DNA of 64,000 nucleotides from Cyanophora paradoxa CCMP329 (Eukaryota > Plantae > Glaucophyta). A program made the position numbers and the translations under genes. The stretch spans positions 62,001-126,000 of the forward strand of contig QPMI01000666.1 of NCBI GenBank assembly GCA_004431415.1. Reading direction: 5' to 3'. Positions 58,362 to 64,000 of the stretch are shown piece by piece (the stretch's first letter is position 1; every line of letters starts with the position of its first letter). A model generated the notes under the pieces. It saw nothing but the letters and a program-made list of their open reading frames with translations. It was not told the DNA's origin and did not search any database.

Positions 58362-58395
58362 GCTCGCGGCTCGGTGAGAATTTATACCTGTACCC

Positions 58396-59091
58396 CTACT
58401 CGCGGTCGGGGTACCTGTCGCCGGGCATCAGCCTCGCGCGCTTCCGCATCTCCGCCTCCCCGGGTAGCCAGTTCTTCGGGTCGTTGCTCCACTCCTCCCA
58501 TTCGCGTATGTCCCGTCTGACGTCACGCGGGGCGGGGCGTTTATCGGTGGGCGGGCGGGGCTGGCAGGGCCTGGCGCGGGGGTTGAGGCCCCTGTTCCAC
58601 GAGTACTCGGGGTACTCTTCCCATCCCAGGGGTACCAGATTCATCGGAATTGGCTCAACTTCGAATTGGGGCTTTTTGACGTGATAATCATAGTTTGTGA
58701 CATACGCCGTCACAGCCGAGCGCAAGCGCGAGAGGTCGCGCAAATTTACGTCGTCCCATTGCGAGTCCCTTGCCTTCGCGTACCACTCGAGGATTTGCAT
58801 GCGAATGTGGTCCGGGAGGGTCGAGAGTATGCTGAGCTTGGAGCCCAGGGCGAACCAGATGCGCTTGAACTCGTCGATAATCCTGCCCTCGTCGTGGCTC
58901 CGAACGTAAAGGGCCCCGCCAGAGTTGTAATGCGTGTCTAGCCACCCTGCCCGGGCCAGCTCTAGCACCGGCCAGGGTTGGCGCTGTCGATTCGGTCGCG
59001 AGGCCTGCTCTACCACCCAGCGTCTAAGGTCCTTGACCTGATCTATGAACTGTGCGATCACGTCCCTGGGCGCTTCCTCTGCATCCGACAT
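58396..59091 (-). CDS. Orphan protein A (231 aa), intronless
   Basis: Uninterrupted ORF MSDAEEAPRDVIAQFIDQVKDLRRWVVEQ..; divergent from YqaJ with only 50 bp between the ATGs. Confidence 0.7.
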   Translation of the reverse strand: MSDAEEAPRDVIAQFIDQVKDLRRWVVEQASRPNRQRQPWPVLELARAGWLDTHYNSGGALYVRSHDEGRIIDEFKRIWFALGSKLSILSTLPDHIRMQILEWYAKARDSQWDDVNLRDLSRLRSAVTAYVTNYDYHVKKPQFEVEPIPMNLVPLGWEEYPEYSWNRGLNPRARPCQPRPPTDKRPAPRDVRRDIREWEEWSNDPKNWLPGEAEMRKRARLMPGDRYPDRE

Positions 59092-59141
59092 TTGCAATTG
59101 CACACATCAAGAAATTCTAAACGCTACTGCGAGGCTACGCT

Positions 59142-59798
59142 ATGCATACCGATACAAATTGCGAGACTTTGCAACAGGGGAGCGCAGCGTGGCACGCGGC
59201 GCGCCGTGAAAAACTAACTGCATCTAATTTTGCGGCTGCGTGCGGCATAAACCCCTGGAAATCCAGGGCCCGCCTGTGGGCGGAGCTAAGCGGGATAGCG
59301 GAGGAAAACAACTTTGACAACCCTGCCCTAACCTATGGGCATGACTATGAGCCCCTCGCGGTCTCTCTCTACAAGGCACTGAACGATAACGTGGACATTC
59401 AACACACTGGACTGCACGAACACAAAGAAATGCCGTTCCTCGCCGGGAGCCCCGACGGACTGATAGGAAATGATAGGATTTTAGAGGTGAAATGCCCTTA
59501 CAAGGGCGAACTTTACGATAGCGTTCCTACCTATTACATGACTCAACTTCAGGGCCTGCTGGACATAACGGGCCGCGAGTGGGCCGAACTTTTTTGCTTC
59601 ACTCCTCTGTGCGTGCAAACGTGGTACGTCAGACGGGACGAGAGGTACATCGAGCTCATGCGGCGGTGCTTACATCTATTTTGGATGCACGTGAAGGCTG
59701 GAACTCCGCCCGAGCCCTACAGCGATCGAATGAAGTCAGAGAACCTCAGCGAGGAGCAGGCGGCGCTGCGCGAGTTTAAGTCGTACGCCCTCCTCTAG
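59142..59798 (+). CDS. YqaJ-like viral recombinase / lambda-exonuclease family nuclease, intact
   Basis: QQGSAAWHAARREKLTASNFAAACG; YGHDYEPLA; FLAGSPDGLI; LEVKCP; YYMTQLQGLL. Confidence 0.93.
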   Translation: MHTDTNCETLQQGSAAWHAARREKLTASNFAAACGINPWKSRARLWAELSGIAEENNFDNPALTYGHDYEPLAVSLYKALNDNVDIQHTGLHEHKEMPFLAGSPDGLIGNDRILEVKCPYKGELYDSVPTYYMTQLQGLLDITGREWAELFCFTPLCVQTWYVRRDERYIELMRRCLHLFWMHVKAGTPPEPYSDRMKSENLSEEQAALREFKSYALL

Positions 59799-60135
59799 TG
59801 TCCCGACCCTCTCAGATATTAATTTAAAGATCTGGGAGGGTCGGGACACGTCTCTTGGTCAGACTACTTATGTACGCCCTCCTCTAGTGTCTCGACCCTC
59901 TCAGATATTAATTTAAAGATCTGGGAGGGTCGGGACACGTCTCTTGGTCAGACTACTTATGTACGCCCTCCTCTAGTGTCTCGACCCTCTCAGATATTAA
60001 TTTAAAGATCTGGGAGGGTCGGGACACGTCTCTTGGTCAGACTACTTATGTACGCCCTCCCTCCTCTAGTGTCCGGACCTTTCCAATAATCTATAAAGAA
60101 AGTAGGGAGGGTCCGGACACGTCTCTTGGTCGGAC
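59783..60135. repeat. Tandem array of 89-bp units, each with a 20-bp-arm palindrome around an AT-rich spacer (three near-identical units + one diverged)
   Basis: Units start at 59783, 59872, 59961 and 60050; GTGTCCCGACCCTCTCAGAT-ATTAATTTAAAG-ATCTGGGAGGGTCGGGACAC. Confidence 0.95.
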
Positions 60136-60415
60136 TCACCGTAGCTTGGTGTAGCTCAGGCCCAGGCGGGGAAGGCGAGTCTGCAATGAATCAGACCCCA
60201 CAGGATTTGGTTGAGCTGCTCTTTGCAGGGGGGCAGGAAGGCGGCCGCAGAGGGCTAGGGAGACTAGATCTAATTAGTAATCCCACACCGCGCATGTGCA
60301 AGCGACAGAGAACGAAGTGAGTAAATGCAGATCGATGATACGGCAATCATGAGTTGTTCAGAAAAGGTCGGGACACATAGAGAGTGCATGCCCTCACTCT
60401 CGTCCGCCCTCGCAA

Positions 60416-60465
60416 TGTCCCGACCCTCCCAGATCTTTAAATTAATATCTCAAAAGGTCGAGACA
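60416..60465 (-). repeat. Inverted solo copy of the array palindrome (plus a half-site at ~60365-60376)
   Basis: TGTCCCGACCCTCCCAGATCTTTAAATTAATATCTCAAAAGGTCGAGACA is approximately the reverse complement of the unit-2 palindrome. Confidence 0.9.
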
Positions 60466-60566
60466 TTCATTGATCATATGCATGACGTCACTTGAATTCG
60501 CACGTTCGTATTTACACACTGGCACGCGCATCCCGTTCGCGAAGTCCACACTGTGACATCCGACAA

Positions 60567-63500
60567 TCACACGCGCCTGTGAATGAGAGCATAGCAGTCG
60601 GAGAAAACGTTGTAAACCTCTGGGAAGCTTGGCGCCATGCCTGCCCTTGCCTGCTTAGCCTGGCGCTCTACTGCGTCGTCGAGCATGTCTTCCTCCCACG
60701 TGATGTAGCGTCGCTTTCGGCTGCCCATTTGCCCTCCGTCCGCGTCGGAGAAAGCGCGTCTCACTCCGAGGTACTTCTCCAGCAGGTACTTGATGACTTG
60801 CCAAGACTGCTGCGAGAGCCGCTTCTTCTCACCGTCCGCTGCATCGAAGCGGGGCGCGCGCTCGTCCAGACTCTGCAGAGCCGCGTACGCCTCCCGACCC
60901 TCCGGCGACGCCAGGGCCGCGTAGGCTTCGTCCGACCACAGAGCACGCCCCGCGAGCTTTCCATACCCCGCCAGCCGAAGAGTTTCTTGAACAGCGCGAC
61001 GACCTTCGATACCTTGAGGCGCTCAGCAGTAGGCACGATCTCGGCAACGTCCGCGCCATGCTTCAGCACCAGCGTGACCACGGCAGTGAGCGGGATGGAG
61101 TAGAACGAATCCCACATCCAGGCGACGTCTCCTTCGGTCAGCTCGCTCGGATCCTTGGCCAGGAACGCGGCGATCGACGTGCGAGCAAGCGAAGCAACCT
61201 TCTCGATGTCCAGCTTAGCGAGAGACTCGCGGGACTGCCTCCAGGCCAGCACCGTGCTCCACAGATCGACGGGCTCCAGCGCGCCCGCCTCCAGCACGCT
61301 CCTGATCTCGCGCAGCCGCTGCTCCTTCTCCTGCTTCGGTCCGCTCGGGTTTTGATCCTCCGTGACTTGCACGTTCATCAGCGCGCAGGTCGACATCAGC
61401 CGCAGGCGCGCTGCCACTGCGAGGCGCCGAGTGGGCATGCCGGCGCGGCGGCTCCCGCGGTGGCTAGCCTTCAGGTCCAGGTAGCGCTGCATGTCGTCCG
61501 AGCTCTCGTCGTCGTCGCTCTCACGCCAGTGCGCAGCCGCCGCGCCGACCGCAACCGAGGGCGTCCGGTTCTTGCGCACGGCGACGAGCAGGTGCTCCCC
61601 GTCGGGCGTGCTGCGTTTGCGCAGCCTTCTGACTCGAAACAGCAGCTGCACGATGTCGTCCGCCTCCAGCTGCGCGGGCTCCGCCTGGAACACGCCGTAG
61701 ACCTTGTCAAAGTGCGCGTCCGAAAAGTCCACGCCTGCCCCGAGCGCGGAAGTTGCGATGAGCACGTCGCAGGCCTTGTACGCGCCCTCCTCAGACACAT
61801 CGATCGACACGATGCCCACAGATCGACGGGCTCCAGCGCGCCCGCCTCCAGCACGCTCCTGATCTCGCGCAGCCGCTGCTCCTTCTCCTGCTTCGGTCCG
61901 CTCGGGTTTTGATCCTCCGTGACTTGCACGTTCATCAGCGCGCAGGTCGACATCAGCCGCAGGCGCGCTGCCACTGCGAGGCGCCGAGTGGGCATGCCGG
62001 CGCGGCGGCTCCCGCGGTGGCTAGCCTTCAGGTCCAGGTAGCGCTGCATGTCGTCCGAGCTCTCGTCGTCGTCGCTCTCACGCCAGTGCGCAGCCGCCGC
62101 GCCGACCGCAACCGAGGGCGTCCGGTTCTTGCGCACGGCGACGAGCAGGTGCTCCCCGTCGGGCGTGCTGCGTTTGCGCAGCCTTCTGACTCGAAACAGC
62201 AGCTGCACGATGTCGTCCGCCTCCAGCTGCGCGGGCTCCGCCTGGAACACGCCGTAGACCTTGTCAAAGTGCGCGTCCGAAAAGTCCACGCCTGCCCCGA
62301 GCGCGGAAGTTGCGATGAGCACGTCGCAGGCCTTGTACGCGCCCTCCTCAGACACATCGATCGACACGATGCGCACTGGGCCCTCGTTCGTGAAGCGCAC
62401 GCTCTTCTCCTTGGCCTGCCCAACGATGAGCCCGATCGTGAACGGTGCGCCGCTGCCGTCCTCGGGCCCTGCCTCGAGCTGAGTCACGTACTGAGCGCCG
62501 CCCAGGCTGAGCTGCTCCAGCGCCTGCTTCGCAATCTTCTCCTGCAGCTCGATCGCCTTGGCCGGCGTCTCCGCGATGATCATGGCCCGCGAGCGCCCAG
62601 GTCGGCACTGCACCATGATGTCCGCCTCGACGTGCGCCGGGCTGTCTGACACGCGCATCTTCCAGTCGCAGGTGCGATGCGAGTTGTACAGGAGCCCCAG
62701 GCGCGCCCCGACCTCCTGCGCCGACTCTGCCAGGTACGCGAGATCGACCGACCGAACGAAGCCGTCCATCGCCACGATGCGCGATGCCTTCATCACGCCG
62801 CGCCATAGGCCCACGCAGCGCGCGTTTCGAGGCACTGACCGCATACCTAGGTGCAGGCCGGTGGGCTCGAGGGTGCCGCTCGAGGTGAGGTGCTTCGTGA
62901 GGGAGGAGAGCTCGTCCAGCACGACCAGTAGCGGCGCCGTCGACCAGCCCTCCCAGTCCTCGAGCACCTTGTGCAGCGAGTCCCATGTGATGACGACGCA
63001 CCTGCACTCCTCATGGCGGAAGCCCCACTTGCCATGCGATCCCTTTGAGCTCTCCGGTGGCTTCTTGATGTCCATGTAAAGCACGGCGTCCTTTGACAAC
63101 TCCGCAGCATCAATGCGACGCTTGAGGTCGCGGGAGAAGGCCCGGCGGCAAGTCACGAGGATCACTCGCCAGCCGCCTGCGAGGGCCGGGTCCAGGTACG
63201 CATCGATCAGCGCCTGCGTCTTCCCCGTGTTGAGTCCCGAGCAGATGACGTCGACCTGCGGCTGAGCGGATCTCGGGTTCTGCTCCAGCGCCCCGAATGC
63301 GGAGGTAAGGATCTTGCACGAGAGGTGGCGTTCATCCACTGCATTGACGCAAGCCTCCAGGCCCGTCGACTCGAGCGCGATCAGGAGGGAGGGGAGGGCA
63401 ATGTCGAAGGCGACAGGCTGCGAGGGATCGGTCACATAGCGGGTCTGTGCCACGCTGCCCGACTCCCCTCCGGTCCCCTCCCCTCGAGCTCGACTTCAAT

Positions 63501-63995
63501 ACCGTGCGCCTGGATGGAGATTCGAGCCGCCGGCGCCCCCGGCTGACTCCCGCCCAGGACGAGGGTGATGGACCCGTCGGGCTCGACTCCAAGGTGCTGA
63601 ACGCGGCGGGCGTCGTGCAGGCCAAGGTCCGCGCGCAGCTCTGCCCCCGCCTTCCAGATCTCGTCCCTCACCGCCTTGTTCTTGCGCAGGCGGTCCAGGA
63701 GCCGCTCCAAGGCCGGCAGGCTTGGGCTCGAATCCAGGAGAGCGCCCGGCTCCGGGATGGGCTTAGCGCGGGGCGCCGAGCTTCTGGATGGAGTGGGGAG
63801 GAGCTCCGCTCGCGGCCCGGGCGCCGGCCCCGCAGAACGTAGCCCCCGTGCCATCCACACCGAGCTCCAGGCCGCTCGAGCTCCCAAAGAACCATGCCAT
63901 GAGATCGCAAGCCTCCGGGCTCTGTAGGACGTAGGCAGCCTTGAATCCATTATCCAAGGGGCGAGAGAAAGTGAAGCCTCCGAACTTGGTTGCAA
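60567..63995 (-). pseudogene. Replication origin-binding protein-like (herpes UL9/NCLDV-type) SF2 helicase, disrupted by frameshifts and a 557-bp duplication; N-terminus probably beyond the window
   Basis: Walker A CSGLNTGKT; RVILVTCRRAFSRDL; VITWDSLHKV; Walker B LVVLDELSS; RIVAMDG; DVLIATSALGAGVDFSDAHFDKVYGVF; DIVQLLFRVRRL. Confidence 0.8.
61259..62372. repeat. Essentially perfect 557-bp tandem duplication inside the helicase ORF
   Basis: 61259-61815 is repeated at 61816-62372; the same peptides appear twice in the ORF track; 557 is not a multiple of 3. Confidence 0.95.
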
Positions 63996-64000
63996 AGGCG

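Larger units (their letters stand above)
57300..64000. mobile_element. Virus-like/integrated DNA element (intronless): two orphan paralogs, YqaJ exonuclease, palindrome array, UL9-like helicase; runs off the right end of the window
   Basis: Abrupt switch from intron-rich host genes to compact intronless ORFs encoding typical dsDNA-virus replication/recombination functions. Left boundary approximate. Confidence 0.75.

Noticed and set aside
59783-60135. CRISPR array
   Set aside because: Units repeat in full (89 bp) with no unique spacers; no cas genes; eukaryotic context.
60940-61030. Programmed ribosomal frameshift in the helicase
   Set aside because: No slippery heptamer seen; other lesions in the same ORF favour decay or sequencing error.

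Overview
Eukaryotic nuclear DNA: gene-dense, GC-rich, with many ~50-65 nt spliceosomal introns. Transit peptides starting MAAF/MAFV/MSF suggest a glaucophyte alga such as Cyanophora (inference). Host genes recognised: ADI/CtlX-like amidinotransferase fusion with apparently dead active sites, ELL-like elongation factor, RS-rich FHA protein, plastid-targeted enolase, a Cys-rich secreted protein, plastid CPBP protease, CBP80, ferredoxin-thioredoxin reductase catalytic subunit, eIF5A, PRP22/DHX8, a DIL-domain and a GRAM-domain protein, a 57-aa QCR10 absent from the ORF track, RPP30, a large TRP-like (Flc/Pkd2-type) membrane protein and Ccs1. The most striking region is the last ~6.7 kb (about 57.3-64 kb), an intronless virus-like module. 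It holds two tandem paralogous orphan ORFs, an intact YqaJ/lambda-exonuclease gene and a disrupted herpes UL9-like (origin-binding protein) SF2 helicase. The exonuclease and helicase converge on an 89-bp tandem array of AT-centred palindromes that shows compensatory changes (candidate origin or hairpin 3'-end signal). Other observations: roughly a quarter of introns in well-aligned genes are GC-AG, intergenic DNA is saturated with short palindrome expansions, a dispersed intron-containing PD-(D/E)XK nuclease family is present, and a short repeat occurs four times in the same orientation. Coordinates of multi-exon genes are outer bounds from manual splicing.
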